Shown: one piece after another, positions 17,817-30,040 of the stretch
Position numbering within the stretch: position 1 is the stretch's first letter
Layout: every line of letters begins with the position of its first letter
Origin: Octopus vulgaris
Taxonomy: Eukaryota
Direction: 5' to 3'
DNA length: 64,000 nucleotides
Assembly (NCBI GenBank): GCA_951406725.2
Contig: OX597826.1
Span: forward strand, 75,206,001 to 75,270,000
Made by a program: the position numbers and the translations under genes
Notes under the pieces: generated by a model
Seen by the model: the letters and a program-made list of their open reading frames with translations, nothing else
Databases searched by the model: none
Told to the model about the DNA's origin: nothing

Positions 17817-20284
17817 GAGAAAGACTGAAAAATCTCTTAACAGTATACATTCATATCCATGCATGATACTAAATAAGAAGGAACAAACCAATCATAAAAT
17901 ATAGTATTTCATTATACTAAAATAGTATAGAAGTATATAATGTATTTATTATATATCTGGATTGTAGGTACACTTTTTCTGTAAGTTATGTGTATTCTTT
18001 CAGGTATATTATGTTGATTCTTGTTTTATAATTATTGTATTTTATCTAGAAGCTAATTCTGTGGTTGCTAATATCTATAATTTTATCTTTGACATGGTTC
18101 CTTCATGAGTTATGGTGAAATTTAATGTTACTTTGTAATATTAAACTTTACATAAAAACAAAATTGGTGGAGTAATTTTTTGAATTATCATCATCAATGT
18201 TTTTCTATGTCCATTGTCAATGCTGGAATGTGTTGGACCACATCATCATCATCATCATTGAATGATGATAATGATTGTCATCTCAAGCAGTTGCAAGTCT
18301 CTTTGTATTTTTATAATAATTCAAACTCTAAATAAAACTGATTTACTCTGAAATTATTCTTTCTCTATGTTTTAATAACCAAATCTTGTTTGCACATTTT
18401 CTAAACTGATTTTCACTGATTGTTTGCTTTAAAGCTATTTAATTCGTTGACACTATTTGTTAGAAGATCTCATCTGATGTTATGAGGAAGTGAATGAGAT
18501 ATAAATAACAGGATGATATTGTAGATGAAATGGTGATGATGGTGGCTTTGTGGTGGAGATGTGATATAGTGAGTTGGTTGACGAGAGCCAAGTGAGAGGT
18601 TGTCTAAAGACAAGATATTGGTTTCAAATTTTGGCAGAAGGCCAGCAACTTCAAGGGAGTTGGGGGTAAGTCAATTACATTGATGCCAGAGTTCAACTGG
18701 TACTCATTTTATTGACCTGAAATGATGAGAGGAAATTGAACCCAGAATGTAATGGCACACGAAATGTCGCTGTTCATTGTGCCTGGTGTCATTCTGCCAG
18801 ATCCCCACCTTCAAATATCCTCAGATAATATTAAAATGTGATATTATCATCATTTTACATTTATTTAAAATATTGTAGTATAGAAACATACATGTATGAT
18901 TGCTAATTGCATCAAGAACAAACAACATGATAATAGAAAAACCTCTCTACAAGTCATTGTAATATTCATAGTTTCTGTAGCTGGATGGCCTTCCTAAAGC
19001 CTACCACTTTACAGAATGGTCTTCTTTAGGAAGGGTGCTTTCTTCGTGTCACTAGCACTGTTCAGTTGGCTGGATAACTTGAGACACAGAGAAAGAACAG
19101 GGAAAGGAAAAAAGGCTCCCACAACTAAATGGGGAGCATTTGAAAGGGAGTGGTGAGGGGATATGGTATGTTCTAACTTTGCTCTCAGGTGATTACAGCA
19201 ACCGGGTTGTACCATAAATGGTGGAGTGATGGGTTTAGAGAATGAGAATTGAGGGGAATTTGATTTTAGGTTATCGTTTTTGGTGCAATGTATGGGTGAA
19301 ACATACAAGATTCAGTCCTCTCTAGTCAGAGCCCATGTCTCAATATCATGTTACATTGCTATTCATACATAAGCATCATACTTCACTTCTCAGGGATCTG
19401 TTGTTGCTGAAGGAGGTAATAGCTCTGAACTTTTCCCATCATATTCTTATTGTAGCAACTACACTTTCAAGACATCCTCCTCCACTGCTAAGTAATTTTC
19501 CACATTTAATAACCCTTCATAGTAGCACTTCCACACTTTTCAGAGTCACTTTGTGCACACATACCATTTTCCACCCATCACATTTTTATCCTCAACATCT
19601 TGATATTCTCTTGTACACTGTCTAGAAATCTGGAACTCTTCAAGTCTCTGACCCTCTGAGCACCTCTAGATCCTCACACTGCAATCTTCTTAATTTCTGC
19701 TTTTGCTCTTACTGAGTGAACCTGTTACCAAGCTTGCTTTTTAAGTCTCTCCATCTTTCCTGTCTTTCCAAACCTGTCTCCTCATGTTATGGCCATGTCT
19801 TCCTCATTGTTCCACCCTGATGTCTGGTCTGGCTGAAGCTCTTCTCCAGTCTCAGATTTGGTCTGTCACCCTCAGAATGTTGTAATGATGATAAACCTTC
19901 TTGCTACTTTTGCAAGGGCCTGATATTCTGGGGAAGGGGTTTAGTTGAATACATCAGTCCCAGTACTTGACTGATGCTTAATTTATAGACACTGAAAAGG
20001 ATGAAAGGTAAAGTCAACCTAGGTTGTATTTAAACTCAGATGTGCTGGTGGCCCTTATAAAAAACACCTGTACTGGTGACATGTGAAAGGCACCTGGTAC
20101 ACTCTGGAGTGGTTGGCATCAGGAAGAGCACCCAGACACAGAAACCAGACCTAAACAGACTGGAGCCTGGTGTGGCTCTCTGGTTTCCCGTCTCATGGCA
20201 AACTGTCTAACCTATGTCAGCATGGAAAACGGATGTTAAATGATGATGATGTGTGTGTGTGTATGAATGGCAGGAAAGTTTTTC

Positions 20285-20750
20285 TGATGAGAACACAACA
20301 GAGAGGCCAGCTATCTGAATTGACATCAAGTATGATAGATGAAGCAATTAAGGTTATGAAGACAAGGAAAGGTCCTCATCCATCAGAAATTACTGTTGAT
20401 GTGTTAAAAATGTCTGATGGAGTGGAGCATAGCCTAGTCACCAATATATTAATCAAGTTGTCTAGAAAGGTGTCACACCCAATGACTAGAGAGGCAGCAT
20501 TGTAGTCAACTGTTAAAAAGATAAAGAAGATGCTTTGCAAGAATAATTACTGAGATGATGGAAGTTACAGAGAAGGTCATTGCTGAAGTAATTAGGAAGA
20601 GAGTCTAGATGAGTCACGGTTTGGTTTTGTGCAAGGGAGAAGCACTACTGATGCTATGTACCTAGAGAGGCAGCTATAGAAGTAATTAACCAAAAATAAA
20701 CCTTTGACTTTTGTTGATATGAAGAAAACCTTTGACAGGACCCCGATTCC
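20285..20750 (+). mobile_element. Degenerate RTE RT fragment, duplicated with the ZNF unit (copies at about 27695-28180 and 38225-39800)
   Basis: IDEAIKVMKTRKGP..EIT, FGFV..RSTTDA, FVD..K.FD remnants. Near-identical sequence downstream of ZNF-A, B and C. Confidence 0.75.
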
Positions 20751-23020
20751 ACTCCCTTATATATACATACATACAGGGTGTCCAGAATCTATCAGAACAA
20801 AAGAAATGAATGGGAAAGTTTCATTAAGAAACTCTGGAACACTCAACTAACAATGGGGGCAATGCTCCATGTTTTTGGAAAGTAACTGTTGGTTGCAATT
20901 GGTGCCAACTGTAACACAACAAATTCTTGTAAAAAAATCAAGGTAAGTGTTGGAAATAATTGTTTCTTTTGCAATGAAGAATGGGCCAATTTCTCAATGT
21001 AACCTGAGGCTGCACCAGACATTGACTTTTGGACAGCTTCTCCCCAGTTCTATTTGTGTGGGCTTTCTGAACCCCAGGTCCTGTTGTTGGTGTCTAACAT
21101 GTCCCCCACAAATGGTTTCCTTTGGGCTGAAGAGCTTGCAAAAGTTGCATTTTATAAGCATAGAACCTCTGTTTCCTGTGCAAAACTTTATGTATTGTTG
21201 ACTATGGTAGACTTAACTGGTCTTTGTAGTACTATGTTGAATTGGTGCATGAATTTGCTCAAAGTATTCCATAGATGTTTTTGGTCACCCAGGCCTTGTT
21301 TTCTGTAGGAGCAGCCAAGTACAGTAAGACATCTATTACTGTCCCTCTATTATACTCTAAGCTCTCACCTTGCACAAAGCTTCTTCTTTTGGCCCTGTTC
21401 CCTCACCCAGCTGAGAGGTCTGTTTTGCAATATACTTGGTAACTCCACAGGTGTTGGTGCCACATAAGAAGCATGCAGTACACTTTGTAAAGTGGTTGAC
21501 GCTAGGAAGGGCATCCAGCTATAGAAACCCTGGCAGTGTCTGATGCAGCTCTCTGGTTTGCCAGCTCCTCTCAAACTGTCCAACCCATGTCAAAAAAGAA
21601 GACGGCTGTTAAATGGTGATGAAGACTTGTGATTTCTATAAACTTTTTATGCCAGGCTCTGATGCTTACATGAGTTGGTGGTTGTTTTCCATTCTTCGCC
21701 CAATGATTCCACTGAACTTAAGTGTCTGATTTGGTCTCTATGAACCAGATTAAAAATTGCACTTTCTCTTGTGGTGGTATGACTTTCATTACAAGTCAGA
21801 GATGATAATACATAATAATAAACATGCCCAAAACATCCTATCACTGTTGACCACAGAAGGATACAGGTGACCCAGCGGTGAAGCACGTATTTTGAAAGTC
21901 AGTAATCAGTTCCTGAGAAGACATCAAAATATGAAATTGGTCGTTTGTCCAGACAACAAAATGTTGAATTAACGGCAATCAGAAAACAGCATTCATACAA
22001 CTATGGTATTTCTACCTCACCTTACAACCAATATGAAACTCATTGGATATTTTCGATTTGCAGCCATGAACCGAATCTAACTCACTTGATGTTTATTAAG
22101 AAATTAACTCGTGTCTCGCTACACCCTGTGGCCTTGAACACTTATCACTGATGTGTCTACTACTTCATATGTGATCAAGCAATAAAATGTTGATTAACAA
22201 AAAGGAAAAAAACGTTGCCTTCTGATATTTATTGTTAGCCTCATGTAAAACATACATTTATACATTTCAAACCTTCACACCTGCACACATCTAATTATAC
22301 TTTCTAAAGAGGTAATCCTAAATTAATTTTCCTCTTTTTACCGTGTTTTACAGAGATCGAACTCACTACTTCGTTATTGTGTCATATATTATAAATATAT
22401 TGTATATATTAATAAAACGTATACACAGCATTATGGCATTTTATAACGTGGAATATATTTCCAGCAGATCGTACAAATACGTAGACGTTCTATAGCTCCT
22501 ACGTCGTTGTTTAGTCGAAGAAAAACCCAGCCTGAGCAGTCAAGTGCTGATCAATCCATAGTTATTAAAAGAATAACTACGAAACGATGTGTAAGAATAA
22601 ATATCCATGTTATTATATTTCCGCCTGGCATCGACCAAAATCATTTCCGGAGAAGAACTTTCTCTCGTCTTAATCGAATTTATCCAAGAAAATATAAAGG
22701 TAAAACGGAAAAGTGAGTATTTATAGTGTTTGAATCGATAGAAAGATATTTTCAAGACGGATCTTCGGAATATGACTGTCTTTTCTCCTTGTGGAATGAA
22801 AAAAGCAAAGAACTGGGAGGGTTTTTTCTTAATCTTTTAAAAATTTCTATCAGAATCGTAATTTCTTTTATATTAAAAACAGGAAAAACTACAAAAAGTT
22901 TTTCAGTGGCTTTGGAAATAGTTGTCACTAATGAAATAGAATTTCTCAGTGCTTTTTTTTTTCCATTATATCCCCTACCAGATTGGTTCAAGTGCCTTTT
23001 CTATTTTCCTGGCTGCTACC

Positions 23021-23417
23021 CTCTTTTACTTGTTTCAGTCATTTGACTGCGGCCATGCTGGAGCACCGCCTTTAATCGAGCAAATCGACCCCGGGACTTA
23101 TTCTTTTGTAAGCCCGCTACTTATTATATCGGTCTCTTTTTGCCGAACCGCTAAGTAACGGGGACAAACACACCAGCATCGGTTGTCAAGCAATGCTAGG
23201 GGGACAAACACAGACACACAAACACACACACATACATATATGTATATATATATACGACAGGCTTCTTTCAGTTTCCGTCTACCAAATCCACTCACAAGGC
23301 ATTGGTCGGCCCGAGGCTATAGTAGAAGACACTTGCCCAAGATGCCATGCAGTGGGACGGAACCCAGAACCAAGTGGTTGGTAAAGAAGCTACTTACCAC
23401 ACAGCCACTCCTGCGCC
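23021..23417 (-). mobile_element. Full-length tRNA/CORE-type SINE with internal microsatellite. Other copies at 30885-31246(-) and 47908-48300(-).
   Basis: Minus-strand head GGCGCAGGAGTGGCTGTGTGGTAAG (A box), GGTTCCGTCCC (B box-like), then CORE-like CTTGGGCAAGT. Several near-identical copies in the window. Confidence 0.85.
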
Positions 23418-24048
23418 GAATATGTTCAGTAAATTATTGTTTTCCCATTTCTTTTTCTTTTAAAACTTCTTTGGTGGCGAACACCTTCACTTCGTTCCCA
23501 CCCCCTTTTAATCATTCCCTTGAATTCACTCAATTCCTCCAGCCTCGTGTCTTCGCTTTTTTTCTTTTGTCTCCTTACTTCATCAGTTTTCTTCAAACAT
23601 TTTTACCATTTCTTCCTCAGACGACACAAAGTCTGAAGAAGAATAATTCAAATGTTCACAACTCATCACACGACGCCCCTCCATTAAACAAGTGGGAAAA
23701 TATCAAACCGGTTGGGCAGCCAAAAGACACGTCAGTAGTTGAACCAACCAAAGCAATAAACCGGAGGCAAGCTTCTTTATTTCAATATTTTGCCATAAAG
23801 TCATAACATAGGGGGACACTACAAAACATAGAGGGACATATAACAATTAAAAATATGTAGAAATAAAATATGATACTGTGAGTAACATGAAAATGAATAT
23901 GGAGCCTGGTGCGGCCTCCTGGCTTCCCAGATCCCGGTCGAACCGTCCAACCCATGCTAGCTTAGAAAACGGACGTTAAACGATGATGATGAAATTAAGG
24001 TTATGATAACATGCATGATATGTAAAAATGAAAATATGATGAGTGTGC

Positions 24049-25300
24049 TACTCACCCCACACTGAGTAACACCACTCGCTGCCTCTGAGTCCTAATTCTT
24101 CTTTAGTCCCTGGTCTAGTCCCTCTATTTCTGCGCTCGCTATCACTCAATGACAATATTCTTTCATAACCTTTTTCACCGGGGGAGGGGTCTTCTAAATT
24201 CTGTAGTGTCTGCTCTTTTGCTTTTTCTTTTTTTCCTGTGGGGAAAGGGTGTGGGTGGGTCTGAGTGGTCTTGGGTGGGATGGAGTTGAACTGGGGTACC
24301 ACATCACACTCAGTGTTCTTTCTTCCTCTTCTTCCTTCTACTCTCTGTTACTATCCATTCTTCCTCCTTTCCTCCGTCTTTCTTTTCATCCTATTTTTCT
24401 CCTCTGTCTCCGCAACTGGTTCACCTGTTGTTTCATCTATTGTTTTCTTCTGTAGAGGGCAGTGTGCTCTAATGTGGCCTTTTTAAGCCACATTTAAAGC
24501 ATCACGGAATTCTGCCCTCTACCCATACTCTCAATACTATTTCTCCCAATGTCACTTTCCGCCAAATTTTCCAGCTGCTTCAACTACGTTTGTATAATTT
24601 CCAATATTTTTCCTTTATATCCTCCTTCTTCCGTCTCTGTGGCTTGGAGGAAAGCCACCTCCTCCTCACTTCCAATGAGGACAGCTGCTGCAACCCAAGC
24701 CACTTCTATATCAGGTGGAAATCCTTCTACCCTCACCTTAGAAGTCTTTCTTCCAAGGTACATGAGTAGGAGTACTAATTCCTCCATTTTTACAGTTGTA
24801 CTCGCCAGCCTCTTTGCCTCCTCCACTGTCCTAAACTGGACAACACTGTCCCATATCCATTTCCTTTTGCTATATATGTCACTTCCTTCAAAAGCCCCTT
24901 CAGAGCTTTTTCTACTTTTTCCATCTCCATCCGCTCCACCTTCCTACTCTCCGCAGAGAGCACCTTGTAGGTAATGGTCTTCTTTTCCATATTTACCATA
25001 ACCCTTTTCGGGGGTAATATCTTTACATCACTGCCCACCTTCTGTGTCATCTTACACTGCTACTTGAGTCCGGTTAGGTCCACTTCCCTTTTCTTTACCC
25101 CTGCAGCCTCAGCAAAACTCTTTGCTCTTTCCAAATGTTTGTCAATTCTGTTTACCGCCTTAATGAGCTCATCCTCTGCTGAGAATAGTTCATATTCGCT
25201 AAGGTCCAAATACATTCCTTTCCACTGGTATGACACTCACCGACAAACCACTGCCAAGCAGCTCAAAATATTCCATCTGTCTTGTCAAAAATCAGCACAG
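24049..25300 (-). mobile_element. Decayed non-LTR retrotransposon ORF1/gag-like fragment in the ZNF-B intron
   Basis: Frameshifted ORFs 24584-25050. Zinc knuckle CFKCG(fs)KGHIRAHC on minus at about 24455-24501. Purine-rich sense strand. Confidence 0.6.
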
Positions 25301-25868
25301 CGAATAATAAACTGAGTAAGGTAATGCTGTCCCTTTACTGGTCATGTTCACAGAAGACTGGAAACAAATTATAGAGATACACTGGAGGAATTCCGTTGTT
25401 CTGATCAAGGTTTCATTTCTACAATTTATAAGTATAGTAATGAAATTAAATTTATGCTGTTTATTTATCCTTGAAATCTTATACTCTTTTCTTTGTTATT
25501 TCAGAATCAGAGATGAAGCTGGCATAAACAATTTTGTTTTTTATACAAGAGAAGCATCATCAATATTTATCATCTTTTAAGGACAAATGATGTTTTGCTG
25601 AACAAATATAACTATTTTCACATAAATTTAATGAATTACATTGAATGATTTGTGTAGGCCGTTCGCTTGAATGAGTACAATGCAATTCTGCATTTTAAAT
25701 ATATTCAGATAAATTTATAAAGAACTTTGCATCCAGATGATGGAAACAGCAGAAGGAATGTTTGTTAGAAATATATTATAGAAAGGAAAGCAGCAGACAT
25801 ATATTGTGGTGAGAGAAGGAAAATTATCAGTGAATGAGTTAAACAACTGTACTTTTTGTACTGAAAAG

Positions 25869-26675
25869 ATGGCAAAAAGCTTAGCAAAGTCTTCATATCA
25901 ATGTAATATCTGTAACAAGTCATTAAGTTCAAGAAGTAATTTAGCTGATCACATACGCATTCATACAAGAGAGAAACCATTTCGCTGTAATTTTTGTGGT
26001 AAAAAGTTCGCTAGAAAGGGTGAAATACCTGTTCATGTACGTATTCATACAGGTGAGAAACCATATCAGTGTAATATCTGTGGTCAATCATTCACTCGTA
26101 AAGATATTTTAACCACACACGGACGTGTTCATACAGGAGAGAAACCTTATCACTGTGATATCTGTGGTAAAAGGTTCACTAGAACTGGTGATTTAACTGT
26201 TCATGTACGTGTTCATACAGGTGAGAAACCATATAAGTGTAATTTGTGCAGTAAGTCATTCGCTAAAAGTACTAACTTGACCGATCACAAACGCATTCAT
26301 ACCGGAGAAAAACCATACCAATGTGATTTCTGTAGTAAATCGTTTAATCAAAATAACCAGTTAATTAAGCACAGACGTATTCACACAGGGGAAAAGCCAT
26401 ATCACTGTAATATCTGTGACAAATCATTTGCTCGAAATGATGAGTTAACTACACACAAACACATTCATACAGGAGAGAAACCTTAGAGGTGTGATATCTG
26501 TGGTAAATCATTCCCTCAAAATAGTGCCTTGACTGTACTCAAACGTATTCATACAGGAGAAAGCCGATATATTTGTGATATCTGTTGTAAATCATTCCTC
26601 CAAAACAATCCTTTGCGTCATCACAAACATATTCATACTGGAGAAAAACTGTATCATTGCGATATCTGTGATAAA
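25869..26675 (+). pseudogene. ZNF-B: 7 intact fingers, then TAG (26484-26486), two further decayed fingers and a deletion into the 3'UTR. Truncated gene or pseudogene.
   Basis: TAT->TAG in the linker after finger 7. The next finger has His->Leu. Sequence jumps to the shared 3'UTR block ATATTAAACTTTACATAAAAAC at about 26675. Confidence 0.75.
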
Positions 26676-28632
26676 TATTAAACTTTACATAAAAACAAGA
26701 TTGGTGGAGTAATTTTTTGAATTATCACCATCAATGTTTTTTATGTCCATTGTCCATACTGGAATGTGTTGGACCACATCATCATCATCAAGCATTTTGT
26801 CATTTCAAGAGTAAATTCCAGAGTTCTGACTGCAACAGTCTCTTTGTATTTTTATAATAATCTAAACTCTAAATAAAACTGGTTTACTATGAAATTATTC
26901 TTTCTTTATGTTTTTTTATAACCAAGTCTTTTTTGCACATTTTCTAAACTGATTTTCACCAACTGTTCACTTTAAAGCTATTTAATTCGTTGACACTTAT
27001 CCTCAACATCTTGATACTCTCTTGTACACTGTCTAGCAATCTGGAACTCTTCAAGTCTCTGACCCTCAGAGCATCTCTAGATCCTCACACTGCAATCTTC
27101 TTAATTTCTGCTTTTGCTCTTACTGAGTGAACCTGTTACCAAGCTTGCTTTTTAAGTCTCTCCATCTTTCCTGTCTTTCCAAACCTGTCTCCTCATGTTA
27201 TGGCCATGTCTACCTCATTGTTCCACCCTGATGTCTGGTCTGGCTGAAGCTCTTCTCCAGTCTCAGATTTGGTCTGTCACCATCAGAATGTTGTACTGAT
27301 GATAAACCTTCTTGCTACTGGTGCAAGGGCCTGATATTCTGGGGAAGGGGTTTAGTTGAATACATCAGTCCCAGTACTTGACTAATACTTGATTTATAGG
27401 CACTGAAAGGATGAAAGGTAAAGTCAACCTAGGTTGTATTTAAACTCAGATTTGCTCGTGGCCCTTATAAAAAACACCTGTACTGGTAACATGTGAAAGG
27501 CACCTGGTACACTCTGGAGTGTTTGGTATCAGGAAGAGCACCCAGCCACAGAAACCAGACTGGAGCCTGGTGTAGCTCCTTGATTTCCCTTCTCATGGCA
27601 AACTGTCTTACCTATGTCAGCATGGAAAACGGATGTTAAATGATGATGATGTGTGTATATTTGTGTGTGTGTGTGTGTATATATATGAATGGAAGGAAAG
27701 TTTTTCTGATGAGAACACAACAGAGAGGCCAGCTATCTGAATTGACATCAAGTATGATAGATGAAGCAATTAAGGTTATGAAGACAAGGAAAGGTCCTCA
27801 TTTATCAGAAATTACTGCTGATATGTTTAAAATGTCTGGTGGAGTGGAGCATAGCCTAGTCACATCATCATCATCGTCGTTTATCGTCCACTTTCCATGC
27901 TAGCATGGGTTGGATGGTTCAATTGGGGCCTGGGAAGCCAGAAGGCTGCACCAGGCCCAGTCTGATCTGGCAGTGTTTCTACAGCTGGATGCCCTTCCTA
28001 ACGCCAACCACTCCGTGAGTGTTGTGGGTGCTTTTTACATGCCACTGGCACAGGTGCCAGACGAGGCTGGCAAACGGCCACGGTCGGATGGTACTTCTTA
28101 AGTGCTACAATAAATTAATCAAGTTGTCTAGAAAGGTGTCACACCCAATGACTAGAGAGGCAGCATTATAGTCAACTGTTGCCTGGGTGTTATAACCTAC
28201 GGCCACATTGTATTATTTGTTTCTTTCTTATGAGTAGAATTGGCACACGAGGAGCATGAAGCAAACTACTTTTCTTTTTAAACATGTGTTTTTCAGCCAT
28301 TTTGTGATGAACAATCCTGAAATTGTTGTCACCAAAAACATGTAGAATAGCAGCTTAGATTGGAATAAAATCCTAAAAATGCCAACCCTCAAAATGACCT
28401 AGACTTACAGATGTAAAGAATTGGATGATGAATGAGAATGTAGAGATATCCATATTGCAGAAAGTAAGAACAAAACACACAACCAGGTCTGGGAGTCGAA
28501 CTCACAGCTCCATTACTGACCAGCCCTGCGTATTCAGCACTGGTCAATCCATAGTTGTTGACTGAATAACCTCGAAACTGTGTAATTATAAAAACCCTAA
28601 GTCAGCGTTTCCTAGACTACAAAGCGAAATGT

Positions 28633-29302
28633 GGTACTGCTTCAGAAGAGTGGTCCCGGTGCGCACACGCGTACTCGCGCTAGCCAGTCGTGACTAGTCG
28701 ATCCTACAACGACTACCTAGCAAAGTAAATAAAACAAAATAAATGATTTGGATCTTTTCGGTTTGAACGGCAGTTTTTAAAATAATTTCCACGTAACTAA
28801 ACACTTTTAAAATTCGTATACTGGTAGAATGTGTTTATAAAACATCTTTTTTCTCTTGGCTTTATTGAGAAAATTCTAGGGTTTGTAAGATATTTGTTGT
28901 TTCTTTTCTTCAATTTCAACCAATCAATGACGTCTATTGAGGTAAAAACCCATTCTGTGCCATATGAATATGTCCCTCGTTTAAGAAACAGATTGGGTTT
29001 ATTTACATTTGTGAAGAAAAAATATACCCTTCCCCCAACCCCTAACTAACCCTAAAAGAGATTGAAATGCAATAGATCGATACTAGGGTCATAATTATGG
29101 GTGACAATTTCATATGACAGCGCTAGAAAAAAACTGCCGATCAAACCGAAAAGATCCAATAATTTTTTTACACAAAGTAAATAATTTTTTTTAAAACAAA
29201 CTAAATAAAACACAAAGTAAGGATCGACTAGTCACGACTAACTAGCGCAGACGCACTAGTACGCGAGTGCACGCACCGGGACCACTCTTCTTGAGTAGTA
29301 CC
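28633..29302. mobile_element. MITE with GG termini, about 80-bp TIRs and a perfect 8-bp TSD (Merlin-like)
   Basis: TSD CGAAATGT at 28625-28632 and 29303-29310. TIR GGTACTGCTTCAGAAGAGTGGTCCCGGTGCG... / ...CGCACCGGGACCACTCTTCTTGAGTAGTACC. Confidence 0.85.
28750..29157. mobile_element. Second GG-terminal MITE (29-bp TIR, 8-bp TSD with 1 mismatch) nested in the first
   Basis: GGATCTTTTCGGTTTGAACGGCAGTTTTT / AAAAACTGCCGATCAAACCGAAAAGATCC. Flanks AATGATTT and AATAATTT. Related terminus at about 46266. Confidence 0.8.
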
Positions 29303-29640
29303 CGAAATGTTGGGGTCGCGAAGTTCTGTTTATATGTTATTTCCGAAATCGCATTACATTTTTTTTTGTCATTTAGCACCACATACCTATGTGAAACGTA
29401 GAATATGCTCTATGTCCAGCAGTGTCGAATGCTAAACCAAAGTTTAATTTGTTAGGCGACAAAAACAAGAACATGGGGGCACACTGATTTTTTTTACTTT
29501 GGCCTACTTTTGGACTTGAAACAAATTTAAAACTACTTTTCTTTTGACATATAATATAACTACTTTTTTTTTTTTAAATATGTATATTATTCAGCAAAAA
29601 ATAAATGATTTATGTATTTATTTCTATGTTTTATATTCAA

Positions 29641-30040
29641 CTAGCAGTATCGCCCGGCGTTGCTCGGATTTGTAAGGGAAATAACTATAAAGCATTTTTT
29701 AGAGTTATAGCCGAAATATAGCAAAAAAATACATTAAAAATGGAAAAAAGAATGATGGTAAATTATTTTTAAAATCGTAGACTCATCGTAGACATTTTCA
29801 GAGAGTTACTTCCCTTATATAATAGCGAAAAAATGCATTAAAATGGAAAAAAATGATGGTAAATTATTTTTAAAATCATAGACTCATCGTAGACGCGCGC
29901 TAATATCCAGAAGGGCTCGATATGAATCACGACTATAAGATACCCGCTTTTGGTTAAACTGCACCGCAAAATGTGGGAGTAGTTAGGAATCTAAATCGTA
30001 GGAGACAGATAGCACACAACTTCACTTTTATATATAAAGA
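29641..30040 (-). mobile_element. Non-autonomous Helitron
   Basis: On minus: 5' TC, 3' hairpin CCGAGCAACGCCGGG then CTAG, inserted between A and T with no TSD. Near-identical to 45834-46209. Confidence 0.9.

Noticed and set aside
29030-29056. CCCTAA telomere-like units
   Set aside because: Only two imperfect units, inside a MITE.
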